This document shows positions 48,709 through 57,957 of a stretch of 64,000 nt of DNA, in pieces (positions within the stretch are counted from its first letter, which is position 1; every line of letters starts with the position of its first letter). Origin of the DNA: Gemmatimonadota bacterium (lineage in GTDB: Bacteria > Gemmatimonadota > Gemmatimonadetes > Gemmatimonadales > Gemmatimonadaceae); assembly GCA_040389905.1 (NCBI GenBank), contig JAZJZK010000018.1:24868-88867 (forward strand), written 5' to 3'. A program made the position numbers and the translations under genes. The notes beneath the pieces were generated by a model. The model searched no databases. It had not been told where the DNA came from and worked only from the letters and a program-made list of their open reading frames with translations.

Positions 48709-50118
48709 TCAGCGATGGACCGCGGCGAGCGGTTCAGGTGACCGATGCGTGGCTTCGCGCGCCGCGAGCGCCGTCCACGCAGCATCGTCAGGGACCGACG
48801 ATCGCGCTTCTTCGTGGAGGAGGTCGCGAAGCTGACGATAAAAATCGGTCGTATACGTCCCATGAAAGAGCATCGCGAGGTCGTCTGTGTCCTGCCAATT
48901 CTGCTGAAGTCCGAGCTGCGCCTGCACCTTCGCGTGGAACTTCGTGCCTGGCAGTGGATACGCCACGCTGACGCCGACGTCGTCCGGTCGCTCCTCTCGG
49001 AGAAGATCACGAGTCAGCAGCACGTCGTCCCACGTCTCCGTGGGGTAGCCGAGTTGTAGAAACCAGCAGGCGCGAATGTCGTGCTGCTTGAGAGCGCGTG
49101 TTGCGGCACGGACTTCGCTGACGGTGGTACCCTTGTCCATCGCATCCAGGATTCGTTGCGAACCCGACTCCACGCCGATCCAGACTTCCTCGGCGCCGGC
49201 ACTCGCGAGCGCAGAAACCACCTCGGGACGAAGCAGGTCAGCGCGACATTGAATCATGAAGGGGATCCGTGCGTCGCGCGCACTCACTTCCGCCGCAAAG
49301 TGCGTGATCCACTGCGTCGTCAGGCCGAAAATATCATCCGCAAACCAGACATGGTCCGGGCAAACCTCGGTCTTGAGAAGCTGCATCTCCTCAGCAACGC
49401 TCTCTGGTGAACGCTGTGCGTACCTGCGTCCAAAGATGGGTTTCGCGCACCAGTTGCAGCCAAACGGACAGCCGCGCGACGTGACCATGTTCCAGGAGAA
49501 TCTTCCGTGCGCTCTCACCCACGCCGAGCGATACGCGTCGACATCGACGAGATCCCACGCAGGAAATGGCAGGGCATCGAGATCCTCCACACCTCTCGCG
49601 TGCGCCGTTGACCGGGCGACATCGTGGCCATCCCGAATGACGAGCCCGGGAATGCTCCCGAGTTTCGCGCTCTCCGCATGTCGCCAGGTGTCCGCAAGCG
49701 CGAGGAAACTCGCGTCGGCCTCCCCAGTGATGACCGCATCGGCACCAGCGTCGAGGTAGAGCGCTGGGTGGTCGGACGCGTCGGAACCGTTGACGGCGAC
49801 ACGGCAACCGGCGGCTTGTGCGGCAGAAACCATCGCAAGCGTCGTCTCGCGCGTGGCCACCGTGCACATCTTGGTGAGGTAGTTGAAGTTGTCCTCCAGA
49901 ATGCCGACGACGGCGGGTCGCAGGCGATGAACCAGCGCGACGAATTCATCAACGCCATTTGCCAGGGTCGCGTCGAAAAGCGCAACCTCGTGACCGGCGC
50001 TGCGGCACGACGCCGCTACCAGCAGCGTTGCCAGCGGCGCATACGGCTTCATTCGATCCAGCTGCTTCCGATCGTGCCGCAGGAAGAGCGAGCTAGCAAG
50101 AAGGATCATGTCGCTCAT
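48709..50118 (-). CDS. B12-binding radical SAM enzyme
   Basis: PLATL, TGEAD, SRGCPFGCNWC, GVESGSQRIL. Confidence 0.92.
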   Translation of the reverse strand: MSDMILLASSLFLRHDRKQLDRMKPYAPLATLLVAASCRSAGHEVALFDATLANGVDEFVALVHRLRPAVVGILEDNFNYLTKMCTVATRETTLAMVSAAQAAGCRVAVNGSDASDHPALYLDAGADAVITGEADASFLALADTWRHAESAKLGSIPGLVIRDGHDVARSTAHARGVEDLDALPFPAWDLVDVDAYRSAWVRAHGRFSWNMVTSRGCPFGCNWCAKPIFGRRYAQRSPESVAEEMQLLKTEVCPDHVWFADDIFGLTTQWITHFAAEVSARDARIPFMIQCRADLLRPEVVSALASAGAEEVWIGVESGSQRILDAMDKGTTVSEVRAATRALKQHDIRACWFLQLGYPTETWDDVLLTRDLLREERPDDVGVSVAYPLPGTKFHAKVQAQLGLQQNWQDTDDLAMLFHGTYTTDFYRQLRDLLHEEARSSVPDDAAWTALAAREATHRSPEPLAAVHR

Positions 50119-50251
50119 CTTGCGATTCGACGCAGGGCATTGTCAAACGAGGTGAAGGGTCTGAAGCCCGCACATACAGTCTCGAACGATCACGAGCCAC
50201 GCACTCACTTCATTTTCGGCAACGGCACGTCCCGACATGAGTCGGATGCCC

Positions 50252-50287
50252 AAAGCAAAGCGGGCATCCGGATTCCCGAATGCCCGC
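50252..50287 (-). terminator. Intrinsic terminator after cytochrome c
   Basis: GCGGGCATTCGG-GAAT-CCGGATGCCCGC-TTTGCTTT. Confidence 0.7.
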
Positions 50288-50314
50288 CAACCTTCGCCAT
50301 CCCGAGCGCAGCCG

Positions 50315-50764
50315 TTACTTGTGACTCAGGCTGTACACATACGCCGCGACCTGCTTGATCTGCTCATCGCTCAAATTCGACCCACCGCGCGGATTCATCG
50401 CGAATTGCGCAGTCGCGAGCTTGATCTTGTCCTTTGGTACGCCCGTCGTGACGATTTGCACGATTTCAGCGTAGGTGCCGGTGATCTGCGACCACGTGCC
50501 ATCGGTCAGGTCGGGAGCGCGCGGACCACCCTTCGCCTCCATGCCATGGCACCGCTGGCAGCTGCCCTTGTGGTAGATCGAGTCGCCCACCGCAATCATG
50601 GCGAGCGTGACGCCTGCGGGAAGCGCGGGTGTGGAGGAGGCAGCTGGCGCGGCGGCGGGCTGAGGCGCACTGGCGGGCGCCGGCGACGAAGCACTCGAGC
50701 ACGCAGTCGCCAGAACGCCAGCGACGGCAATGAGACTGACACGGGGAGAAAAACGAACCGGCAT
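50315..50764 (-). CDS. Monoheme c-type cytochrome lipoprotein
   Basis: Lipobox LATAC, CQRCH, distal Met in MNPRGG. Confidence 0.88.
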   Translation of the reverse strand: MPVRFSPRVSLIAVAGVLATACSSASSPAPASAPQPAAAPAASSTPALPAGVTLAMIAVGDSIYHKGSCQRCHGMEAKGGPRAPDLTDGTWSQITGTYAEIVQIVTTGVPKDKIKLATAQFAMNPRGGSNLSDEQIKQVAAYVYSLSHK

Positions 50765-50867
50765 CGGGGTCCCTCGGAAGGTGAAGTACGGGTAGTGCAC
50801 AGGGATGACGATAACTTCACTCAGCCCGCGCGCGGCGCAAGGGCGATTTTCTTGACGCCTCGGATCG

Positions 50868-52058
50868 CTATTTCGCCATCCGGTCGCGGCGATATGCGAT
50901 GAGGGCGGCCGCGTCCCGCAGGGCGACCTCGTCGCGCACAAGCGAAATGCGGAAGAAGCCGCGACCGCCGTCGCCGAATGCCACCCCTGGCGTGACCACG
51001 ATCCCATCGGTGTCGATGAGTGTCTTCACCCACTCCCAGTCGTCGACACCGGCCGGTACCGGGAGCCAGAGATACATCGACGCGGTCGGCACGGGTACAT
51101 CCCAACCAGCGGAGCGAAAAGACGCCACCATCGCGTCACGTCGGGTGCGGTAGGCGTCGACCGTGGAAGGTACCAATGTGGTTCGGTGATCGAGCGCAAA
51201 CGCCGCCGCGTGCTGAATCGAGGTGGGTGTTCCGTAGCCAACGTTCGTGCGGTAGGCGGCGAGTGCCTCGATCGCGTCGGAATTGCCGACCGCGAACCCG
51301 ACGCGCAACCCCGCCATGCTGAAGGTCTTCGAGAACGAGTGAAACTCGATCGTTACGTCGCGCGCGCCCTCGCATTCCAACGCACTTGGCGCGGCCGTGC
51401 CACCGAATGTCAGCTCGCTGTATGCCAGGTCGCTGACCAAAAGCAGCTCGTGCTCCCGCGCAAACTCGACCGCACGCTGGAGAAAGTCGAGCTCGACGCG
51501 CGCACCGGTGGGATTATTCGGGTAGTTGACGATCAGGACGCGAGCGCGGCGAGCATCCTCCGCGGAGATCGAATCCAGATCGAGGATGAAATCATCGGCG
51601 GCGCGCATCGGAACCCACCGAACGTCGGCACCGGCGAGCCACGCGGAGCGAGCGTAGACCGGATAGTAGATCTCCGGCACCAGGACGACGTCGCCCGGAC
51701 CGCACAGCGCCGTCACCAGTTGCGCCAATCCTTCCTTGGCGCCACTCAGCGCAATGGCTTCGGCCGGCCCGTCGACACTCACACCAAAGCGCGAGCGCAT
51801 GAAGCGCTCGATCGCCTCGAAATAGCGCGGATGGCCGCGAAAGGGCGGATACCCGTGCGTCGACGAATCGCGAGCTGCCATGTCAAGCGCGTCGAGAATC
51901 GCAGGAGCGATCGGAAGATCAGGCGAACCGATGCCGAGATCGGTCAGTGTCATCCCCGTTGCGCGCGCCGCCGCCTTCAGCCGATCGAGCTCGGCGAAGA
52001 CATACGGTGGCAGCTGTCGAAGGATTGCTGTCTGCTGCACGGATGCTGCTGTGGTCAC
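50868..52058 (-). CDS. PLP class I/II aminotransferase (DapL/AlaC-like)
   Basis: LPPYVF, NYPNNPTG, DLAY, SFSKTFSMAGLRVG. Confidence 0.9.
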   Translation of the reverse strand: MTTAASVQQTAILRQLPPYVFAELDRLKAAARATGMTLTDLGIGSPDLPIAPAILDALDMAARDSSTHGYPPFRGHPRYFEAIERFMRSRFGVSVDGPAEAIALSGAKEGLAQLVTALCGPGDVVLVPEIYYPVYARSAWLAGADVRWVPMRAADDFILDLDSISAEDARRARVLIVNYPNNPTGARVELDFLQRAVEFAREHELLLVSDLAYSELTFGGTAAPSALECEGARDVTIEFHSFSKTFSMAGLRVGFAVGNSDAIEALAAYRTNVGYGTPTSIQHAAAFALDHRTTLVPSTVDAYRTRRDAMVASFRSAGWDVPVPTASMYLWLPVPAGVDDWEWVKTLIDTDGIVVTPGVAFGDGGRGFFRISLVRDEVALRDAAALIAYRRDRMAK

Positions 52059-52119
52059 TGGTTGTCGGAAAAGATTTTTCGTATGTGCGCCGCGTCGGAC
52101 GTCCGCGAGAGCGCGAGCA

Positions 52120-52422
52120 TCAGCACACGCGTGCCTTCTGCGGATTGGCCGGACCATCTGCCCCGGCCATGTCGGATGGCCGCATCGAACCGGTGACGAC
52201 GAAACCGCTGAGATCAGGGCGCGCTCGCTGAAGCAGCGCAATGCGCCTCGAGAGTTCCAGCCAGCGCGCCGGCCCAATCGCCGAAGAGGAGACATTGAGG
52301 AACGCGGGGCCGATCCTTCCGCCCGTTCCTTTCACGCGAACGACTGGGCGCTGGGCGTGGGCGGCGCTCGCGGCGATGAGTGCGACGATGGTCGCGTACC
52401 GCCAGCTGCGGTGTCTAGTCAT
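52120..52422 (-). CDS. Small secreted hypothetical protein
   Basis: Signal peptide ending AAHA-Q. Confidence 0.45.
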   Translation of the reverse strand: MTRHRSWRYATIVALIAASAAHAQRPVVRVKGTGGRIGPAFLNVSSSAIGPARWLELSRRIALLQRARPDLSGFVVTGSMRPSDMAGADGPANPQKARVC

Positions 52423-52485
52423 CCGCGAAAGTTATCCGCGGGGTGAGGCTCGGGCCAACGAACGTACGCGAGTATTCAGTACAAC

Positions 52486-52690
52486 CACTGACGTACGAGG
52501 TACCTGGACCCGGGTACCCGGAATGGCATCCACCCCAAAAGGAGCCATGGACATACTCCAACGCATCGACCCAACGCCAAACACCGTTCCGAGGTTGCGG
52601 CCGGCGTTATTCGTGTTGCCGCTCTCGATGGCTCCTTTTGGCCGGTATGCCAGTCAGGGTACGTGGTACCAGGTACCTCGTACGTCTGTG
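52486..52690. repeat. ~200-bp rod-like hairpin element
   Basis: Nested arms: 18-bp perfect, 14/16, 14-bp perfect. Confidence 0.8.
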
Positions 52691-52707
52691 AAGAAAACTG
52701 TAACGAC

Positions 52708-53886
52708 TCAAAACAGGTATCCTAACCCGATGTATATCGCCGCCGTCGACTGCGATGAGTGCCCGACATCCGTCGTGACGACAAAGCTCGGCCCAATCGC
52801 GAGGTGCACGCCGCCCCCGTAGCCGAAATGCAAGTCGGACGCGATGGTCGACAGATCCAGTCCACTCGCCCACACCCTGCCCGCATCCGCGAACGTACTG
52901 AGCACGAGCCGCGTGTCGTGGCCGGCCAGACCGAAGCGCGCTGCCGACCAACGCAGCTCAGAGTTCGAGAATGCGATGCCCTTGCCGGCGTACCGATTGC
53001 GCGGAATGCCGCGAATCGACGACGCGCCGCCGAGCGCTTCGTCGTCCCTGTACGAGCTCTGGACAACGAACAGCTCGTTGAACGATGGATCGCCGCGCAC
53101 CGTCTGAACCACCACACGTTGCGCGAACGTCACGTCTGCGCCGAGGGGCACGAACTGTCGCACGCTCCCGGTGACACGCGTGAATACCTCGTCGCCGCCG
53201 GCAACACGTCCGGCACGCTGCACTAACAGTTCCGACCATGTACCCCGGTGAGTCCCGATCTCCTGATCGCGCGTGTCCAGTACCAGGCCGAGGCGCGCAT
53301 AGTTGGTGTTTCGTGACGGTAGCTCGGCGCGCCCAAACTGTTTCGCTACCAAGGTCGTTCCCGAATCGTACGGGACCGGATCGATGACGACGTTGTGCGA
53401 GCCGATTCCCGCCAGCATGCGCACCGATCGATGCCCGAGCTGATGCTGGAAATCGCCGTTCGCCTGAAGAACGGTTCGGCCGTAGCGATAGTAGTACGGG
53501 TTTGGTGACTTCGTCAGCATGGAGTCGGTGACCGTTGCGTTCCCGATGCCATAATACGGAGTCGAAAGTTGCTGCATGCGGGCGAGCGAACCGCCGAAAC
53601 GCCAGTCTCCTGGCAACAGATGCGGCGCGTCCAGAAATAACACAACGTCGCGACGCCCCTTCGTAGTGAAGAAGAGCGTGGGCTGGAGGCTGAACCGATA
53701 CGGGGCGACACCCGTGCCGTAGTCGTAAAACTGGAGGATCGCTCCATAGCCGAGGCCTTCGTCCGCATCGAAATTGAGCGCAGGCAGGCCGGTCAGGCTA
53801 CGGCCGGTTGGCGGTGGCGAAGCGCTCTGCGCTCCGGCGGTGCTCGATAGAATGAGAAGCGTGAGGACGAGCGTGGAAAGACGCAT
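52708..53886 (-). CDS. Omp85/BamA-TamA-type barrel without POTRA domains
   Basis: LGG.SSIRG...RYAG, ELRW, FADAGRVW, C-terminal LGYLF. Confidence 0.85.
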   Translation of the reverse strand: MRLSTLVLTLLILSSTAGAQSASPPPTGRSLTGLPALNFDADEGLGYGAILQFYDYGTGVAPYRFSLQPTLFFTTKGRRDVVLFLDAPHLLPGDWRFGGSLARMQQLSTPYYGIGNATVTDSMLTKSPNPYYYRYGRTVLQANGDFQHQLGHRSVRMLAGIGSHNVVIDPVPYDSGTTLVAKQFGRAELPSRNTNYARLGLVLDTRDQEIGTHRGTWSELLVQRAGRVAGGDEVFTRVTGSVRQFVPLGADVTFAQRVVVQTVRGDPSFNELFVVQSSYRDDEALGGASSIRGIPRNRYAGKGIAFSNSELRWSAARFGLAGHDTRLVLSTFADAGRVWASGLDLSTIASDLHFGYGGGVHLAIGPSFVVTTDVGHSSQSTAAIYIGLGYLF

Positions 53887-54022
53887 TGGTCGTTTCTCGG
53901 TTGGGTGTATGGACGTACCGCAATCTCGAGACACGGGGTCAATGCGCGGTCACCGCGCGGTCAACTCGCAATCCTTGAACCACTTAGAGTACGCGTAGTT
54001 CCGTTCGCTTTGTCGCCGTCTC

Positions 54023-56197
54023 CTATGGGTTGAAGATCTCCGTCAGCCTGGCGGCCGTCGCCAACTGGCGTGCTGTCAGCTCTACCTGAGCTGCTTCCTG
54101 CGTTGCCGCGACGCTCGTAAGCACCTCCTTCAGCGAGACCGCCGTCGCGATGTACAACAGCGGGATCCCGATCGAAGCACGATCCACCCAGTCTCCACGA
54201 TGGATGATCGCGGCCGGTCCGCCGAAGCTGCCCCACAGCGCACGCGAACGCGCCGCGTCGATGTGCCCTGACCCCGGCATCGGCAAGAGGTTGCTGCTCG
54301 CAACCACCGGCGCTCCAGCGATCTTGACCGCGAGTCCTTGCACCACGGCGTAAGGCTCGAGCCCCATCGCGCGCACGTAGTTTCCCGACGTCCGGGCAAC
54401 GTACACCGGCCGCTTCCCGAAATTGTCCTTCAGCAATTGGAGGACGAGCAGATCACCACGCGTGACCACGCCGTACTCGAGTTGCCGCGGGTCGACGATG
54501 GCGCGCAGCGTTTCGTGCTGAAAGACCTGAGGCGTACGCACGTCGATATAATCGGGAACCGCATCGAGCTCTGCCGACGAAAGGGAGAACACGGGCTGCG
54601 TCGGCATCGGCCACGTTCCATCTCGATACACCTTCGGACCGAGCTTGGCGTCGTACGGCACCTGCGCTCGGCGACGGAGCCCGCGCGCGAACCAGTCCGT
54701 TCCGAGGAGCGACGTGACCGCCACGGTGACGTCCTGTCGGACTCCCTCGACCTCCTGTGCATACCAGAGCGGAAACGTGTCGTTGTCGCCGAGCGTCACG
54801 AGCACTCCGTACGGCTCGACCGAGTTGAGGAGGTCGTGCGCCCACTCGCGTGTCGCCGTCTCGCCCGCACGGGAAGCGTCTCGCCAGTTGGTCGCCAGCG
54901 GGATCAAGCCGATGAACATGATGGGAAACGTCACGGCCCATCGCCGTGTTTCCGGCAACTCGAGGCGCTCCGCCGCCATCTTCCAGAGCGACGCCAACCC
55001 AAGCGCCGCCCAGACGCTCCATGTCGAAAAGCTCCAGAGGTAGAAGTAGTCGCGATCGCGAACCTCGCGCGCGACGTCGGTAAGCTCCGGTGACTGCGAA
55101 TGACCGTACTTGAAGTTCATGTAGTACACGAGTGCCACAGTCACCGTCACCACCAACGGCCCGAAGAACCAGAACGACAAGCCGTCGTATCGCCAGTGCG
55201 TGAATCCACCGAGTACGCCGAGCAGCAAGAAGCCCATTGCCAGAATCGACTGCGTCCGCGGCGATGATTCACCTGCGTCGCGGAGCCACTGCCACTTGAA
55301 GTACAACCACCACATTCCCATCTGCGCGCCGAAAGGCGCCTGTCGCACGGACAGATCAGGCTTGCCATACTGGTCGCGATTGATGTTGGCCATCAATCGC
55401 GTCACGGTCGTCTTCGAGAAGGTGCACCCAACGCCGATGCGATCGGCGCAACCAGTGGGCTCCCCTTCATTGAGTGCCGGGTGCCAGGCAGCACGAATCG
55501 GCTCGAATGCAAAGGGCGTCAGCCCGGCGCCCAGCGCCAGCGTGGTCGCGAGAATCAGCCGCCATCGCATGAGCATTCGCGGGCGCCGCACAATTACCGC
55601 AGTCGCCACCGCCGGCCCAACGAGCAGCCCAGCCGGATGATTCGTGTAGCCGAGGCCGATCAGATAACCAATCACGACGATCAGCTTGTCGGCGAACGGT
55701 CCGTCCGGGTCGTCGCACCAGAGTACCGTGAGCCATGAGACGATCGCAAAGAAGGCAAGCGATACGGTGTACACCTTTTCATTCACGACGCTCTGATTCC
55801 ACACCGTGAACGCGCATGCGCCAAGCAGGGCCGCGATGCACGCCGCAGCGATCCTCGGCCACCGCAGTTCAGACCAGGAGATCAGGACGCGCTCGGCGAC
55901 GAGAAACCAGATTGCCGCCGAAAACGCGCTGCAGACCGCCGCGAGCGCGTTGACTCGCATGGCGACCGAACCGATTGGCACCAGGGTCGCCACGCGCCCG
56001 AGCAGCACGAAGAACGGATTGCCGGGAGGATGCGGAATGCCGAGGGTGTACGCCGCGGTGATGTATTCACTGGCGTCCCACATTGCGGTGGTCGGCGCCA
56101 GTGTGGCGAGATACAGCGCGAGCACCGCCGCGCCGACGACCGCTGCGATGCCGTACGATGGCCGCGGCGCGGGCATGTGGACGGGGGGCTTCACCAT
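54023..56197 (-). CDS. DUF2723 / TMEM260-like membrane glycosyltransferase
   Basis: WDASEY...GIPHPPG, EVRDRDYF, GDNDTFPLWYAQEVEG. Confidence 0.88.
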   Translation of the reverse strand: MVKPPVHMPAPRPSYGIAAVVGAAVLALYLATLAPTTAMWDASEYITAAYTLGIPHPPGNPFFVLLGRVATLVPIGSVAMRVNALAAVCSAFSAAIWFLVAERVLISWSELRWPRIAAACIAALLGACAFTVWNQSVVNEKVYTVSLAFFAIVSWLTVLWCDDPDGPFADKLIVVIGYLIGLGYTNHPAGLLVGPAVATAVIVRRPRMLMRWRLILATTLALGAGLTPFAFEPIRAAWHPALNEGEPTGCADRIGVGCTFSKTTVTRLMANINRDQYGKPDLSVRQAPFGAQMGMWWLYFKWQWLRDAGESSPRTQSILAMGFLLLGVLGGFTHWRYDGLSFWFFGPLVVTVTVALVYYMNFKYGHSQSPELTDVAREVRDRDYFYLWSFSTWSVWAALGLASLWKMAAERLELPETRRWAVTFPIMFIGLIPLATNWRDASRAGETATREWAHDLLNSVEPYGVLVTLGDNDTFPLWYAQEVEGVRQDVTVAVTSLLGTDWFARGLRRRAQVPYDAKLGPKVYRDGTWPMPTQPVFSLSSAELDAVPDYIDVRTPQVFQHETLRAIVDPRQLEYGVVTRGDLLVLQLLKDNFGKRPVYVARTSGNYVRAMGLEPYAVVQGLAVKIAGAPVVASSNLLPMPGSGHIDAARSRALWGSFGGPAAIIHRGDWVDRASIGIPLLYIATAVSLKEVLTSVAATQEAAQVELTARQLATAARLTEIFNP

Positions 56198-56408
56198 GCG
56201 AGGATCACCGCGGGTACGAGGATGGCGTAGCCTGCAACGAGCAGGAGCGGCGCGAGGGTGGTCCCTCCGCGAATGAGGTCGGCGTAACCAATCGCCAACG
56301 CGGCGGCCGCGATCACGCGCAGGAGGAGCGCACGCCGTGCCGGCGCGACGTCAGGGAATCGCACCAGAGTACCTGATGAATTGTGAATGAGATGTGTCGC
56401 GAAGCGCG

Positions 56409-56987
56409 CTAGTTCGTCGCGCGCCCGACGTGCAGGATTGCGTAGCCTTGGTTTGCTGCTCCCGCGCGGGCACGCGGCTCACCGGCCCAACGGGTGTTGT
56501 CTACCATGATCGCGTACCGGTGCTCGCCGTCGTGCAGCGCCAAAGTCGCCGACCATTTCCCGGACTGCGGGTCACGACGCATCACGTTCGCCTCTGACCG
56601 CCAGCCATTGAAGTCGCCGACGACCGCGACCTGCTGCGCCGCGCTGTCGTCGAAGATCAGGCGAACGAGTCGCAGCGTGTCGCGCACACGATCGACGACC
56701 GAATCACCGATGACGACACTCGTCACCACACCGACATCCCGGGTCTGGCGTGCTGCCGATTCGATGCCGGACAGCGTCGTGATGGAGCCGATCCCGGCCG
56801 CAAGCGCCAGTCCGATGATCGAGTGCCGCGTCGTTCGACCAACGGGAAATGTGAGCGGACGACTCCTGACGCCATCGCTGGCCGCGGTGCGAATGCGATC
56901 CATGATCGCCGCCTTCGCTCGCTGGCTGGTGGGCACCGGTGCCCGCAGGGCAGCCGCAATGCGTCGTTCGAACTCCAGGTCAGACAC
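56409..56987 (-). CDS. Probable anti-sigma factor with CBM48 glycogen-binding domain
   Basis: Hydrophobic segment, then VAVVGDFNGW...W...L.DGEHRY..VD. Confidence 0.78.
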   Translation of the reverse strand: MSDLEFERRIAAALRAPVPTSQRAKAAIMDRIRTAASDGVRSRPLTFPVGRTTRHSIIGLALAAGIGSITTLSGIESAARQTRDVGVVTSVVIGDSVVDRVRDTLRLVRLIFDDSAAQQVAVVGDFNGWRSEANVMRRDPQSGKWSATLALHDGEHRYAIMVDNTRWAGEPRARAGAANQGYAILHVGRATN

Positions 56988-57513
56988 TCGAAACCTCCTT
57001 CAGTAGCGTGCGCAGGCGAGTGAACGCGCGCTGCACGCGCATCTTGAGCGCAGATTCGCCCGCACCGGTGATGCGGGACATTTCCTCATAGGTCAGCTCT
57101 TCCGAATAGCGGAGGACGATGGCCTCGCGCTGCTCCGGCGGGAGCTGCGCCAGTGCGTGATCCAGATCCGGCCAGACTTCATTGGTTGAATCCGTCCGTG
57201 CAAACAGCTCGGCATCCTTGATGTCGATATCCGCGAATACCGCCTCTCGGCGCACAACGCGAGCGAGAATCGTGCGGCACTGGTTGACGAGGATTCGCGT
57301 GAGCCACGCCGCGAACTGCTCACGGTCTTCGTAGCTGCCCAGCGCACGAAATGCGCGAAGAAACGCGTCCTGAATGGCCTCCTCGGCGTCCTCGCGGTTA
57401 CCCAGAATTCGAACGGCGATCCGCGCGCACCGGTCATAGTGGCGGTCGACGAGGCGCGAAAACGCCTCGACGTCGCCTGCAAGAACCTGTTGGATGATTG
57501 CGCGGTCTGTCAT
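56980..57513 (-). CDS. ECF sigma factor
   Basis: DAEEAIQDAF, WLTRILVNQC, YEEMS..TG...ALKMRVQRA. Confidence 0.92.
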   Translation of the reverse strand: MTDRAIIQQVLAGDVEAFSRLVDRHYDRCARIAVRILGNREDAEEAIQDAFLRAFRALGSYEDREQFAAWLTRILVNQCRTILARVVRREAVFADIDIKDAELFARTDSTNEVWPDLDHALAQLPPEQREAIVLRYSEELTYEEMSRITGAGESALKMRVQRAFTRLRTLLKEVSSV

Positions 57514-57682
57514 TCTGATTTCAACAACTAGGCGGGGACGACCATTCGTCACATCAGGGTTGCCGAGCGTTCCTTGTAGGCGGGCCGCCGGTCGGTTAAA
57601 CTACGGGTTCGCGTGTTCGCCTGCCTGCCCTCGAGGAGCGCATGCAGCGAAGGCTCGAGCGGGTGCGCAACGCGCCCGAACT

Positions 57683-57756
57683 GCGTGCGTAGCTCAGCTG
57701 GATAGAGCGCTTGCCTCCGGAGCAAGAGGTCGTGGGTTCGAATCCCGCCGCGCGCA
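57683..57756 (+). tRNA. tRNA-Arg(CCG), CCA not encoded
   Basis: Full cloverleaf; anticodon arm CTTGC-CTCCGGA-GCAAG; GTTCGAATC T-loop. Confidence 0.95.
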
Positions 57757-57957
57757 TTGTGACTGACGGCCCGCGCTGGCGGCGCTTGACAGCCCGCACC
57801 TGACGGGTGCTGGACGGCCCGCGGCCCTTGGCCGCTTGACGGATTGAGCTAGGGTCATTGTCGTTCTCCGTCCAGCGAGCGGGCAGCCCGCTGGTCCAGC
57901 CCTTGCGCTGCACACAGGCGATTCCCTCGTCCCTCCCGCAATTCCTCCCCTCGCTTG

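Noticed and set aside
27991..50118. Lasso peptide or other RiPP cluster
   Set aside because: No precursor, RRE/PqqD, protease or cyclase found; the short ORFs in 27991-28464 lack leader features
50119..50251. Cobalamin riboswitch or sigma70 promoter before the B12-rSAM operon
   Set aside because: No B12-box seen; TTGACA at 50141-50146 has no properly spaced -10
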